A DNA stretch of 64,000 nucleotides from an uncultured archaeon (GCA_963810275.1 CAWENF010000021.1:231452-295451); one strand, 5' to 3'. Positions 21,423 through 31,957 are shown, numbered from the stretch's first letter. Made by a program: numbers and translations. Notes: generated from the letters alone by a model not told the origin.

Positions 21423-22343
21423 ATGAGCATACGTATTGCTTTCTTGGGAACAAGCGGCAGCGTTCCAACCCTCAAACGCGGATTACCCTCGATTATAATA
21501 CAGTCACTCCGAAGCCAGTGGATGTTTGACTGCGGCGAAGGCGTCCAGCGCCAAATGATGGGATCAAAAACTAGCTTCCACCGTAAAATGAAGATTTTCA
21601 TCACCCACCTACACGGCGACCATGTACTTGGCCTGCCAGGACTTTTGCAGACCATGGCTTTGATGGAACGCAAAGAACCAGTCGAAGTCTATGGCCCCAC
21701 AGGACTCATCACATTTATCCAATGCACCAAAAACACGCTAAACTTCGGCTTAAACTACCCTGTTAGCATCCACGAAATCGGCGGGGAAGGCGTAATCTGC
21801 GACGAGAAAGACTATCAGGTTTTGGCAGTGAATTCGAACCATGCGGTGGACGGCTACTGCTTCGCTTTAGTAGAGAAGCCTCGGGCAGGCAGGTTTTACC
21901 CTAAAAAAGCCGCTGCATTGGGCGTCCCAGAAGGCGAATTATGGTCAAAACTCCAAAACGGGCAAGAAGTCACCGCTCGAAATGGCAACACAATTAAACC
22001 CAGCGATGTCATGGGTCCACCTCGGATAGGCAGAAAAATCGTGTACACAGGGGATACAAAACCCTTCAAAGCCTTCGCAAAGTTTGCAGCAGATGCGGAT
22101 TTGGTGATTCACGACTGCACTTTTGATGACTCTATGATTGAGCGCGCCAACCGAGATGGACACTCAACACCCACTCAAGCAGCAGAGCAAACCAAGGCTG
22201 CAGATGCAAAAAAACTGGTGCTCTTCCACATAAGCGCCCGCTACCCTGACGCCTCAGCATTATTGGAAACAGCAAAGAAGGTGTTTCCAAACACCGTTCT
22301 GGCAGAAGACTACCTGGAAATCGAGTTGCCCCTAAACAAGTAA
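21423..22343 (+). CDS. rnz: Ribonuclease Z
   Basis: FLGTSGSVP, DCGEG.QRQ, THLHGDH, flexible arm, TGDT, HISARY. Confidence 0.96.
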   Translation: MSIRIAFLGTSGSVPTLKRGLPSIIIQSLRSQWMFDCGEGVQRQMMGSKTSFHRKMKIFITHLHGDHVLGLPGLLQTMALMERKEPVEVYGPTGLITFIQCTKNTLNFGLNYPVSIHEIGGEGVICDEKDYQVLAVNSNHAVDGYCFALVEKPRAGRFYPKKAAALGVPEGELWSKLQNGQEVTARNGNTIKPSDVMGPPRIGRKIVYTGDTKPFKAFAKFAADADLVIHDCTFDDSMIERANRDGHSTPTQAAEQTKAADAKKLVLFHISARYPDASALLETAKKVFPNTVLAEDYLEIELPLNK

Positions 22344-23114
22344 CCGCTTAAGAGCAGCAATGGATTCGGGCACTTTACGCATTGACTCTATCACTACTGT
22401 TCGGTCGTACCCGATTTTTCTGAGAGACTCCACGAACCATGGGTAATCTATGGTGCCGTCTTCGACACCGTTGTGCTCATCGTCAGCGCCGAAGTTGTTG
22501 CTGGCATGGATATGCACAATTTTGTCCGCCAACTGCTCAATAAACGGCTTAATTTGTCCTTCAAGATGTGCATGCCCCAAATCTAGTGTGATGCCTATGG
22601 GCAAATTTGTCTCTTTGTAAAGGCGCATATACTCGGCGGGGGTGCTCATCAAAAACCAGTATTTATGAGGTAAATTCTCCAAAGCAAGGTTTAGGCCGTA
22701 CTCTTCGCCAACCGCGTATAGTTCCTCGATACTGCGAAACATAGTTTTGTAGTCGGCGTCTGGGTAGAACTGGCCGATACCCGTGCGTTGGGCGGGATGG
22801 AACACCCACATTTTAGCATTTAAGTCGTTGGCGTTTGCCAGTGACTGCTTAAGTCGCTTCATCGACGCATTTAGCAAGGGTTTTGCAGGGGAACCGATGT
22901 TTATATCAGCAAATGGAGCGTGCACAGAGTATGTTAAGCCGAAAGATTTGGCGGTTTCTTTGAGCAAGGCGATGCGAGACTTGTTTAGGTCATGAGTGCC
23001 GTCGTCCAAAACTTCAATGTATTTTGTGTCCATATCGCTTAAGCGTTTGACCATGCGGTTGAAGGGTTCGCCGAGACAGTAGAGCATTGAAACGCCGACT
23101 TTAGCTTTAGCCAT
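22332..23114 (-). CDS. Sugar phosphate isomerase/epimerase (xylose-isomerase-like TIM barrel)
   Basis: VHAPFADIN, ALENL, TLDLGHA, HIHASNN..DDEH. Confidence 0.85.
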   Translation of the reverse strand: MAKAKVGVSMLYCLGEPFNRMVKRLSDMDTKYIEVLDDGTHDLNKSRIALLKETAKSFGLTYSVHAPFADINIGSPAKPLLNASMKRLKQSLANANDLNAKMWVFHPAQRTGIGQFYPDADYKTMFRSIEELYAVGEEYGLNLALENLPHKYWFLMSTPAEYMRLYKETNLPIGITLDLGHAHLEGQIKPFIEQLADKIVHIHASNNFGADDEHNGVEDGTIDYPWFVESLRKIGYDRTVVIESMRKVPESIAALKRLLV

Positions 23115-23194
23115 ACAAGTTCCGCAGTCCTAAATGTTGTGTTGTGTAAAGTTTCCGTGCACACCTAAATAGGTTCCCAAAAGAACCCAGCATT

Positions 23195-23704
23195 TTAATA
23201 AAAAAGTCTCCTGCCCCAAGGATTGTGCGGCGCCTCGGATCGCATGGTTTTGCACTGCACATCTCGCAGTCCAAGTGCGAGTTGTGAGAATTCTTTAATG
23301 GCGCCGTTTTTAAATTCCCATGTTGGCTCGCCGTAACGTACGCCACTGCACATGGTATCCACGTAAATGTAAAACGGTTGATCGCCTAAATGGTACTCTG
23401 CATGTTTGGCTTCGCCGTATTTGGGTTCAGCTAAAACTTTGAAGGACCAGATTTTGCAGGCGTCGGGTTTCATGTTTTGAAGGGCGCAGTTGCGATTGCT
23501 GTTGCACAAGAAAGCGCAGGCATCACCGTCGCTGTGGCGGCGTATGAAGAAGCGTCTGAATTCGGTTACGGTGGCTTGTTGCCCGTAGGTTTTGGTTAGG
23601 GCGAGGTATTCGGGATAATGTAGAACTACAGAGTAGAGTTTGCAGCAGTACCGGCAACCTCTGCAGTGCCAGTCAGCAACGTTTCGCCAAGGAACAAACT
23701 CCAC
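23195..23704 (-). CDS. YkgJ-family cysteine-cluster protein
   Basis: CRGCRYCC, CAFL, KPDACKIW. Confidence 0.8.
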   Translation of the reverse strand: MEFVPWRNVADWHCRGCRYCCKLYSVVLHYPEYLALTKTYGQQATVTEFRRFFIRRHSDGDACAFLCNSNRNCALQNMKPDACKIWSFKVLAEPKYGEAKHAEYHLGDQPFYIYVDTMCSGVRYGEPTWEFKNGAIKEFSQLALGLRDVQCKTMRSEAPHNPWGRRLFY

Positions 23705-23824
23705 GCTAAACTACGCCCACAGAGAAGCATGTGTGGGTTAAATTTTTTTCTAAAAAGTGGACCCAAGCGGGGATACGTCTAATAAAGCTTCGTTGCATTC
23801 TATTTTAATGAGGATCAAGCGAAA

Positions 23825-24514
23825 TTGTCATCTGTTCCAACTCCAGAGCGAAACACACTCTATTTCATGTGGATCAACGACTATAGCGGCTTAATCGTAA
23901 AAACACCCACAAAAACCCTGCTCATCGATCCAATCGATGTCAAACCCAAAGACTACCCAGAAATCGATGCAATCCTAATTACACACGAACACTACGACCA
24001 CTTCGACCCAACGCTTGTCGCTGGCATCCAAGCCGCCTCAGACTGCCCAGTCATCGCAGACGCCACATCAGCCAAAAAACTCCAGAACACCATCCCGCCA
24101 AACAAAATCCAGCAATCCCAACCTGGCTCAGAAATCAAAATCGGCTCCGTCACAATCAAAGCCCAAAAGAGCCAGCATCCAGCAGCAAAAACACCCATCA
24201 CCTACATCATCACAAGCGAAGATAACCTAAAAATCTACCACACCAGCGACAGCCATCCTTTTCCTGAATTGGCGCTCATGGCGCAGCGGGAACAGTTCGA
24301 CGTCGTCTTTTGCACTGTGGGCATAGCACCAAACGCATCGCCGCAGACCGGCTTTGAAATCGCTTGGCTTACCAAGCCCCCGCTAGCCGTTCCCTACCAC
24401 GGTTCAATCCAGAACCAAAAACGATTTGCCGAATTAATAAAACGCGACCTCAAAAAAACCCAATGCTTGATTCCAGAAAAAAATAAGATTTATCAAATTG
24501 CCAAAACAAAATGA
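23825..24514 (+). CDS. Metallo-beta-lactamase-fold hydrolase
   Basis: LIDP, THEHYDH, YHTSDS, VPYHG. Confidence 0.88.
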   Translation: MSSVPTPERNTLYFMWINDYSGLIVKTPTKTLLIDPIDVKPKDYPEIDAILITHEHYDHFDPTLVAGIQAASDCPVIADATSAKKLQNTIPPNKIQQSQPGSEIKIGSVTIKAQKSQHPAAKTPITYIITSEDNLKIYHTSDSHPFPELALMAQREQFDVVFCTVGIAPNASPQTGFEIAWLTKPPLAVPYHGSIQNQKRFAELIKRDLKKTQCLIPEKNKIYQIAKTK

Positions 24515-24524
24515 AGGTATAATT

Positions 24525-25154
24525 ATGAAAGCAGAAAAAGTCACCTTGACGCAAAAAGACAAGATGGCCAACATCCTCTTCAAATTTGATGTCATTAAAT
24601 TCGGCGTGTTCCAACTGTCCTCGGGCAAGCCCAGTCCTTATTACATCGATTTGCGTGTTATGCCAAGCTTTCCTGACGCTTACCGAGAAATCTGTGACTT
24701 CTACAGCCAAACCATCGCCAGCCAAATCGGCACCGAAAACTTCGGCCGCGTCGCTGGCATACCGCTTGCAGGCATCCCTTTTGCCAGTCAAGTAGCTTAT
24801 AACCTCAAAAAACCGTTTCTCTACGTGCGCAAAGATATGAAGCTTCATGGCAGAGAACGCCGCGTCGAAGGAATCCTAGTATCAGGCGACAAAGTGCTAC
24901 TCGTCGACGACCTCCTGACCACAGGGTTAACTCTTAAGGAAGCTGCGGAGTCGGTTCGAGCTGAAGGCGGAGTAGTCACCGACGCCGTGGTGTTTCTCGA
25001 CCGCGAAGAAGGCGGCAGGGAAATGCTTGAAAAGACTGGCATAAAACTTCATCCTTTACTTAAAATAAGCGAAATATCAAAAGCTCTCTATGATTTAGGC
25101 GCAATCGATGAAGAAAACCTAAAAACCATTCAAAAACAAGTCAAAAAACATTAA
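24525..25154 (+). CDS. pyrE: Orotate phosphoribosyltransferase
   Basis: FQLSSGKPSPYYIDLR, YVRK..K.HG, LLVDDLLTTG. Confidence 0.95.
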   Translation: MKAEKVTLTQKDKMANILFKFDVIKFGVFQLSSGKPSPYYIDLRVMPSFPDAYREICDFYSQTIASQIGTENFGRVAGIPLAGIPFASQVAYNLKKPFLYVRKDMKLHGRERRVEGILVSGDKVLLVDDLLTTGLTLKEAAESVRAEGGVVTDAVVFLDREEGGREMLEKTGIKLHPLLKISEISKALYDLGAIDEENLKTIQKQVKKH

Positions 25155-25159
25155 CCAGC

Positions 25160-25720
25160 TTACTCGTAGTAAATGAGGCTAGTTTCTTCAAGCGTCAAAT
25201 GCAGTTTATCCACCGCGTCAAAGACATCCTGCTCTTTTTTAGCGCCTGTGCATACAAGTTTGCCGCTGGCGAAAAGCAAAATCACAACCTTAGGAGTTTG
25301 CATGCGATAAATTAGGCCTGGAAATTGTTCAGGTTCATACATCGCGTGTCCTAATGTGTATGCAGCTTTTTCAAGGTCAATAAGACCGCCTAATCCTCCG
25401 GAGGCTACGATGTTTTGGATTTTGAGTTCTGGTTTGCTTATGATTATAATCCCGCCTTTCTTTAGTTCTTTGACCACTTTCATGACGGCTCGTTTGGCTT
25501 CTTTTTCGGATTTAGCGCCGGTACAAACCATTTTGCCTGAACTGAAAATTAACGTGGCCGTTTTGGGGCGTTTAAGGCGGAAAACCAGTCCTGGGAACTG
25601 TTCGGGGCGGTACTCGACGCCGGGGTATCCTTTTACAACGGAGTTTAGGTCGACTTTTTGGTTGAGCGTCGCTGAAGCTACCACGTTTTCTATGCTTATG
25701 GTAGCCTTTACTTGTGGCAC
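25160..25720 (-). CDS. tbp: TATA-box-binding protein
   Basis: Two repeats of NVVAS/NIVAS, Y.PEQFPGL..R, SGK.VCTGAK. Confidence 0.99.
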   Translation of the reverse strand: MPQVKATISIENVVASATLNQKVDLNSVVKGYPGVEYRPEQFPGLVFRLKRPKTATLIFSSGKMVCTGAKSEKEAKRAVMKVVKELKKGGIIIISKPELKIQNIVASGGLGGLIDLEKAAYTLGHAMYEPEQFPGLIYRMQTPKVVILLFASGKLVCTGAKKEQDVFDAVDKLHLTLEETSLIYYE

Positions 25721-25785
25721 TCAATTCCTCCCTTGTTAACCGCCCTTAAATATTCAATTAGTGAAGGAATTATTAATAAACCAAT

Positions 25786-26472
25786 CTATGGCAGCTTCTG
25801 ATCGGTTTTTTGTTTTTCAGAAAGTTTTTTGCCTTGCAGTTTTATTTTGGAAAAACTAATCTTTAGCACAACAACCAGCATGGCGAGCAATATTATTGCG
25901 GGTAGCACCCAGAGGTTGTTTTGTACAAAAACAGCGACTATACCCACATATGGAATGCGCATAACTACTCGGCCATTTACCAAATCCTGTGATACTCCTT
26001 CGCCGGTAGTCCAAAACGTATGCGAATCATACTCTGACTCTGAGGGCTTTGCTGGCCATTGGGTTCCCATTCCGTCGCTTTTAGTCTGAAAACGATACAC
26101 ACCATCACTATCACGAAATTCGGTTACGATACGGCTCACTATTGTGTCAAAGTTTGGGTTTATTTGGCTATCTGGTTTTTGGAAAACAATGATGTCGCTG
26201 TGAGGATAGTCGGCGTTATACTCTTGAGGGTTTAAAGTTTGAATAAAGATTAAGTCGCCCACATGCAAAGTGGACATGAAGTTACAGCTCCAACCATCGC
26301 ATCCATCTTGAGCGATACACATGCTTCCTGTAGTGACAACACTAACTGGCGCTTGATTTCCCAAAGCAAGAGTTAACCCGATGTATGAACCAAGCAATAT
26401 AGCCGCTATTAACCCTATGGCAACCGCTATTTTCACATAGTTGTTTTGCATGAAGGATTTTGAGACAGGCAC
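25786..26472 (-). CDS. Signal peptidase I (Sec11/S26B) homologue with an altered catalytic site
   Basis: N-terminal TM, VVTTGSM, GDLIF, IVSRIV (canonical IVHR), TKSDG (canonical TKGDN), GRVVMRIPYVG. Confidence 0.75.
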   Translation of the reverse strand: MPVSKSFMQNNYVKIAVAIGLIAAILLGSYIGLTLALGNQAPVSVVTTGSMCIAQDGCDGWSCNFMSTLHVGDLIFIQTLNPQEYNADYPHSDIIVFQKPDSQINPNFDTIVSRIVTEFRDSDGVYRFQTKSDGMGTQWPAKPSESEYDSHTFWTTGEGVSQDLVNGRVVMRIPYVGIVAVFVQNNLWVLPAIILLAMLVVVLKISFSKIKLQGKKLSEKQKTDQKLP

Positions 26473-26585
26473 TTGATGAGTTCACCAATCGCTATTGTCT
26501 GTTTTGGATGCCAGCGACTTTTAAAACTAACGCATAATTAAAGAGAAAAATAGAAAGTGCTCAAAGAAAGGCACTTAATTAGAGT

Positions 26586-26756
26586 TTAGATTTTGCACTT
26601 GCTTAAGACTTCGCGGAATACGTTTCCACATTTAGAGCATTCATAGAGGCCGATTTCTAGTTGCATGCGTTTTCCAGCTTTGTCTGGGCGGCCTGCCATT
26701 TTCCATGTCTTTTTTGGTTTTGCTACTTCTGTTCCGCATTTTGGACATTTTGCCAT
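26586..26756 (-). CDS. Small basic zinc-ribbon protein, Cren7-like chromatin protein (56 aa)
   Basis: Manual translation MAKCPKCGTEVAKPKKTWKMAGRPDKAGKRMQLEIGLYECSKCGNVFREVLSKCKI; PxKxW...IGL(F/Y)...GxxFR is the Cren7 pattern; GGAGG upstream; absent from the ORF track. Confidence 0.8.
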   Translation of the reverse strand: MAKCPKCGTEVAKPKKTWKMAGRPDKAGKRMQLEIGLYECSKCGNVFREVLSKCKI

Positions 26757-27061
26757 TTGTTGTTTTCCTCCGTATTATCGCTTTGATGCCATGTATCTAA
26801 TTGGATAAAAAAGTTTCCATACCTTTCTCATAGATATTTTACTGTTCAACATAGAGATTAGACATTTTCATGTCAAAGTTTAGGAGGTAGTATAAAAAAC
26901 TGAAGGCTACCGCTAAACACCCAAAAATTAACCTAAGAAACAACAATAAAACAGCTGAACACTAATGAGACTCCTTAAAACTCATACAGCGTTTATTGAG
27001 CCGCAACATTTTTTATACAAAGACCACCGCTATTTCACCATCACTACAGGATCTATTTGTA

Positions 27062-29938
27062 TTGCAAGATTCTTCTGAAAACGCTTTCGAGATACTTGTT
27101 AAGCCAGTGCGAAGGCTCATCGAGCAGAGAGGATTCGCTAAACCTACCGAACCCCAAGCAAAAGTGATACCCAAAATTCTAGAAGGCAAAAACGTCCTGT
27201 TAATCTCACCGACCGCAACAGGAAAAACCGAAGCCGCCTTTCTCCCAGTTCTAAGCATGCTGCTTCAACTACCAAAAAAACCGGGCATCAAAGTGCTCTA
27301 CATAACCCCTCTACGTGCACTAAACCGCGACATGCTTGAACGGATGCAGTGGTGGTGCAACAACCTCGACATCAAACTTGCAGTACGCCACGGCGACACC
27401 GAACAAAAAGAACGCACCCGACAAAGCCAATGCCCACCCGACATCCTAATCACAACCCCCGAAACGCTACAGGCAATTCTGTCAGGGTGGCTTCTGCGGC
27501 AACATCTGCAAGCCCTGCAATGGGTGGTTATCGATGAAGTACACGAACTCGCCGACAGCAAACGGGGCAGCCAGCTATCATTGGCGCTAGAACGCATCAG
27601 GGGGCTAATCGGCAGAGACTTCCAGATAATCGGCTTATCCGCCACAGTAGGTACACCCGAAAAAGTCGCCAAGTTCCTTGTCGGCAGTCACCGAGAAGTC
27701 GAAATCGTAAGGGTTTCCGTTGCCAAAAACGTGAAGCTGCAGGTAATTTACCCCAAACCCACAGAGGAAGACGTGCAGTTTGCCGCTAAAATCTACACGC
27801 ACCCCGAGGTCGCGGCTCGCCTTCACATTATTCGAGATTACATGACAAAACGCAAATCCGTACTCCTATTCACGAACACAAGATCGGTTTCGGAGGTTTT
27901 GGCGTCACGCTTCAAGGTCTGGGATATGGATTTTCCGATTTCGATTCACCATGGCTCACTGGCTAAGCCGTCTCGTATTGCCGCCGAAGCGGGTTTGAAG
28001 CGTGGCGATCTTAAGGGGCTCATCGCTACTAGCAGCTTAGAGTTGGGCATTGATGTGGGGCACATTGACTTTGTTATCCAATACATGAGTCCACGGCAAG
28101 TGTCACGGCTTATTCAACGCGTAGGAAGAGCGGGGCATACCTACGGGAATCTGTCTGAGGGGCTTATTATTGGCATGGATAGTGACGACACGTTGGAGGC
28201 GCTGGTGATTGCCCGCCGAGCCCTCAAGGAAGAGTTGGAACCAGTCACTTTGCCCGACAAGCCTTATGATGTGCTTACGCACCAGATCGCTGGATTGTTG
28301 CTTAAAAACCGACGTTTAGAGTTTCGAGAAATCCTTGAAATATGCCAGAAAGCCACTCCTTTCAAAAACCTAACCATTCAAGACATCGAGAAAATCATAA
28401 AATACATGCACAACCGTTTCCCACGCCTCGCCTGGGCATCCATCGAAGACCAAGTCGTCCTGAAACCACAGCGTACCAAAGCCTTGTTCGAGTACTACTT
28501 TGATAACCTCTCAATGATTCCCGTCGAGAAACAGTTCCTCGTCATCGACCAGACCCAGGACACCAGCATAGGCGTTTTAGATGAAGCGTTCATGGCAGAA
28601 TATGGAAAGCCCGGAACCAAATTCATTATCCGCGGCAGCCCGTGGCAAATCGTCCACGCCACCGAAGACAAAGTATACGTGCGCCCTGTAAAAGACCCCA
28701 CAGGCAGCATCCCGAGTTGGATTGGCGAGGAAATCCCCGTGCCTTACGAAATAGCTCAAGAACTCGCTGAGCTGCGGGGATTTGTGGAGACAGAAACACA
28801 GCGAGGCGCCTCACCTCAAATGATTAGCGAGGAGTTATCTGAACGTTACCCAGCCACACCAGAAAACATTCTCCACGCCATCGCCGAAACGACAGAGCAG
28901 GTATTAAGCGGCTTCCCTGTGCCTACGCCCGAGCGTATTGTGATTGAGGAATGGAGAGAATTTGTAATTGTCCACTCAAACTATGGCTCTTTAACTAACA
29001 GGGCTTTTGCGCAGCTCTTAGGTCAGGTACTCTCTGACAGGCTTGGACGGGGCATCGTAGTACAACATGACCCCTACCGCATATTCGTGCAAACCATGGG
29101 CGCTATGACCCCTGACCGACTAATCGAAGTAATAAAAGAAATCAAGGACTTACCCGAAGCTACAATACGAAGCACCCTAACACAATCCACCATCAAAACA
29201 GGCCTGTTCAAGCGCCGAGTTATCCAGGTTGCACGCCGCTTCGGAGCGCTCAAAAAATGGGCGGATTTTAGCAATGTAAGCATTCAGAAGCTGATTTCAA
29301 GCTTTGAAGCCACCCCGATCTATGAGGAGGGGCTTAAAGAGGTGTTTAGCAAAGATCTTGATGCTGACGGGTTGGTTATGGTTCTTGGCAGGCTGCGTGA
29401 GGCTAAAGTGCGGTTGCAGATGGTTGAGACCGGCGGCAACCCGACTCCTGTATCGCGAGTCGGCATTGAACGAGTTAGTATGAAAACTGATTTGATTCCG
29501 CCTGAACAAATGCGGCTTGTGCTGATTGAATCAGCCAAGGCACGGCTGCTAAACGAAACAGGCAACTTTGTCTGCACCCACTGTTGGGACTATATGGAGA
29601 TGATACGAATCAAAGACCTCCCCGACAAGCCTCAGTGTCCCCGCTGCGGCTCACACGCCATAGGGTTACTTAAGGTTGAGGAGGAAAAAGCCATTGGATT
29701 AATCGAGAAGCGTGGCGAGAACTTGGCGAAAGGCGAGGAGAAAATGCGTAATTACGCCACAAAAACTGCTGAGCTTATTGAACGGTTTGGGAAGCCTGCC
29801 GCTGTTGCTTTGAGTGCGCGCCGTATTTATGTTGCCGATGTTGCTGCTTTGCTCGAGAAGGAGTCCACATTGTCAGACCGATTTTACGAGCGGGTTTTGG
29901 AAGCGGAGCGTAAGGCATTGAGCAAACATTTTAGTTAG
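27062..29938 (+). CDS. lhr: Lhr-family SF2 helicase with C-terminal zinc ribbon
   Basis: SPTATGKT, DEVH, SAT, HHGSL, TSSLELGID, QRVGRAGH; start uncertain (26996 or 27062). Confidence 0.95.
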   Translation: MQDSSENAFEILVKPVRRLIEQRGFAKPTEPQAKVIPKILEGKNVLLISPTATGKTEAAFLPVLSMLLQLPKKPGIKVLYITPLRALNRDMLERMQWWCNNLDIKLAVRHGDTEQKERTRQSQCPPDILITTPETLQAILSGWLLRQHLQALQWVVIDEVHELADSKRGSQLSLALERIRGLIGRDFQIIGLSATVGTPEKVAKFLVGSHREVEIVRVSVAKNVKLQVIYPKPTEEDVQFAAKIYTHPEVAARLHIIRDYMTKRKSVLLFTNTRSVSEVLASRFKVWDMDFPISIHHGSLAKPSRIAAEAGLKRGDLKGLIATSSLELGIDVGHIDFVIQYMSPRQVSRLIQRVGRAGHTYGNLSEGLIIGMDSDDTLEALVIARRALKEELEPVTLPDKPYDVLTHQIAGLLLKNRRLEFREILEICQKATPFKNLTIQDIEKIIKYMHNRFPRLAWASIEDQVVLKPQRTKALFEYYFDNLSMIPVEKQFLVIDQTQDTSIGVLDEAFMAEYGKPGTKFIIRGSPWQIVHATEDKVYVRPVKDPTGSIPSWIGEEIPVPYEIAQELAELRGFVETETQRGASPQMISEELSERYPATPENILHAIAETTEQVLSGFPVPTPERIVIEEWREFVIVHSNYGSLTNRAFAQLLGQVLSDRLGRGIVVQHDPYRIFVQTMGAMTPDRLIEVIKEIKDLPEATIRSTLTQSTIKTGLFKRRVIQVARRFGALKKWADFSNVSIQKLISSFEATPIYEEGLKEVFSKDLDADGLVMVLGRLREAKVRLQMVETGGNPTPVSRVGIERVSMKTDLIPPEQMRLVLIESAKARLLNETGNFVCTHCWDYMEMIRIKDLPDKPQCPRCGSHAIGLLKVEEEKAIGLIEKRGENLAKGEEKMRNYATKTAELIERFGKPAAVALSARRIYVADVAALLEKESTLSDRFYERVLEAERKALSKHFS

Positions 29939-30043
29939 CTCCGTTTTTTGTATGCATTTAGGCATATACGATTTTTGTTTCAATCATCACCTTTTTAAGC
30001 TAAGAATTTGTTTTATTTTAGGTTGTTTGCTTGTTATGTCAAT

Positions 30044-30385
30044 ATGGAGACTGCTCAATTGGAAATAAGCAAAAAAAATTTACGTAATGAAGTTTTGGAG
30101 CGCATAAAGTTTGTGCGAACTTGTGCTTTGGCTAGGGAACTCTGCCTTTTAGTGCGAACTAACAGGGCGGTTCTAGAACCTGAAGATGTGCAGGAAGTTT
30201 GCCAATACATCTCTACGCTCTGCAAGGAAGAGGGATGTGGTGAACCAAGTGAGTTATGCGCCAAAGCTGCTACTGTCATCGGCTCAAATGATGAAGCAAA
30301 ATACTTAGAGTTATGTGCTCAAAGCTGCCAGAAATGTGGCGAAGCCAAGCGACCTCAAGTTAAGAAAGATGCATACGTTGCATAG
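30044..30385 (+). CDS. Cysteine-rich helical hypothetical protein
   Basis: Nine Cys in helical spacing, ending LELCAQSCQKC. Confidence 0.7.
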   Translation: METAQLEISKKNLRNEVLERIKFVRTCALARELCLLVRTNRAVLEPEDVQEVCQYISTLCKEEGCGEPSELCAKAATVIGSNDEAKYLELCAQSCQKCGEAKRPQVKKDAYVA

Positions 30386-30406
30386 AAATGCAAAATGTGA
30401 TTTAAA

Positions 30407-30892
30407 ATGACCCCTATGTTTATCGCCCCGTTTGTTCCCAGCCCCAACCGAGTGGTGGAGTATATGCTCAAGTTAGCTGAGCTGACGACAGGTGAAGTGC
30501 TGTTTGATATGGGAGCCGGCGACGGTAGAACCGTGATTATGGCTGCTCGAACATTTGGCGCCCGCGGGGTAGGCATAGAGTTACGTGAAGATTTAGCTAA
30601 GAAGGCTATGACTAACATTCACCAAAATGGGTTGGAGGACCGTGTGTCTATAGTTAACGATGACATGTTTAACGTGAATTTAACTGAGGCAGACGTGGTT
30701 TACCTTTACCTTACAACCAGCGCGAACGAGAAGGTTAAGCCAAAACTTGAACGTGACCTTAAAAAGGGGGCTCGCGTGGTGTCGCATGACTATGAGATTG
30801 TGGGTTGGCGTCCCGAAAAAATTGAGAACTTTTGTGAAAACCCTCCGTTGGGGTATCCGTCGCACACGATTTATTTGTACCGTAAACCCTGA
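30407..30892 (+). CDS. Protein-lysine methyltransferase (aKMT/FAM173 type)
   Basis: PFVPSP..VV..ML, DMGAGDGR, GIEL, NEKVKPKLERDLKKGARVVSHDYEI.GW, HTIYLY; same length and motifs as Sulfolobus aKMT. Confidence 0.85.
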   Translation: MTPMFIAPFVPSPNRVVEYMLKLAELTTGEVLFDMGAGDGRTVIMAARTFGARGVGIELREDLAKKAMTNIHQNGLEDRVSIVNDDMFNVNLTEADVVYLYLTTSANEKVKPKLERDLKKGARVVSHDYEIVGWRPEKIENFCENPPLGYPSHTIYLYRKP

Positions 30893-31209
30893 CTGTCCTC
30901 TCTTGTGACAGGCTTGTTTTTGTCTTTATGTAAGTGCGGTGGTTTCTACGGCACTTCAAGACTGTTGTTAATGGCGGCTGCTTTCTGGGTTGCAACGTTT
31001 TACTTTGACTGTTTAGGTGTGGTGAAACTAGTTTCTTTCAGATGCTTTATAAAAACCATCGATCAGACATGTGGCGTCATACATAGTTCACTAAAAACCA
31101 ATTGACGCAAAAAACCAAAATAACACGCCCACCTAAAATCTACAAAAAACCCATTTATTTGCCGACACAAACATCTAAAATAAGTCACACTTATCGGAGA
31201 ATGAAACAA

Positions 31210-31851
31210 ATGTCTAAGAAGCCTATTTCGGAACGCGCCAAAGACACCCTAAAGTGGATACAAAAAGAACAGCAACAAAATGGCTTGGGCATGGTAGAAT
31301 CCAGCAAAGTTTCAGACCAAGCAGCACTGCGTTGCCTTCTACGGATTGGTGACATATTTGAGCCCCAAGCAGGCATGGTGAAATCCACCGTGGAGCCCCA
31401 ACACGAAGACGACGTTGACTCCGATTTTCCCGATCACTCACCATGGGAATGGAGAACTCCCAAACCCAAACGCAAAGGCGACATACCCGAACCCTATGAG
31501 TTCCTCGCCTACCCAGAATGGAATGTCATGCCTTCGGTGGTGGCAGAGACGTTGCGTGGAATGGGCTTCTCAGGGCCACCTTTCCTGTATGAAGGTTACG
31601 GTTACCGAAAGATGATGGGCGGCGCATTGCGGCGTAAGATGATTGGGACGCATTCTAAGGTGGAGTTGCTGGCTGAGTTGAAGTTGACGTGCCAGTCGGA
31701 TGAGGAATACACTAAGCTGGAGCGCAAAATTGAGGCTGTTGTCAAGAAGTACGGGGGCAAAGGCAAAGAAGTCACAGAGGTTCCAGTTGACGAGAGCATT
31801 GTGTTTTTTCCCAAAGACGGCAGCTTCACCTTAAAAAAACAAGTTGAGTAA
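31210..31851 (+). CDS. Hypothetical protein with an N-terminal winged-helix-like segment
   Basis: Open frame of over 200 aa; LLRIGDIFEPQAGMVK resembles the archaeal MCM C-terminal WH end. Confidence 0.65.
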   Translation: MSKKPISERAKDTLKWIQKEQQQNGLGMVESSKVSDQAALRCLLRIGDIFEPQAGMVKSTVEPQHEDDVDSDFPDHSPWEWRTPKPKRKGDIPEPYEFLAYPEWNVMPSVVAETLRGMGFSGPPFLYEGYGYRKMMGGALRRKMIGTHSKVELLAELKLTCQSDEEYTKLERKIEAVVKKYGGKGKEVTEVPVDESIVFFPKDGSFTLKKQVE

Positions 31852-31957
31852 CTGGTTTACGGTTTGGGTCGATTTTTACCGAGACCCAAATATGGCATGC
31901 TTTGATAAGGCTTAATAGCTTCCTAGACCGTGTAACTTCCATACAACGTGATTTGTA

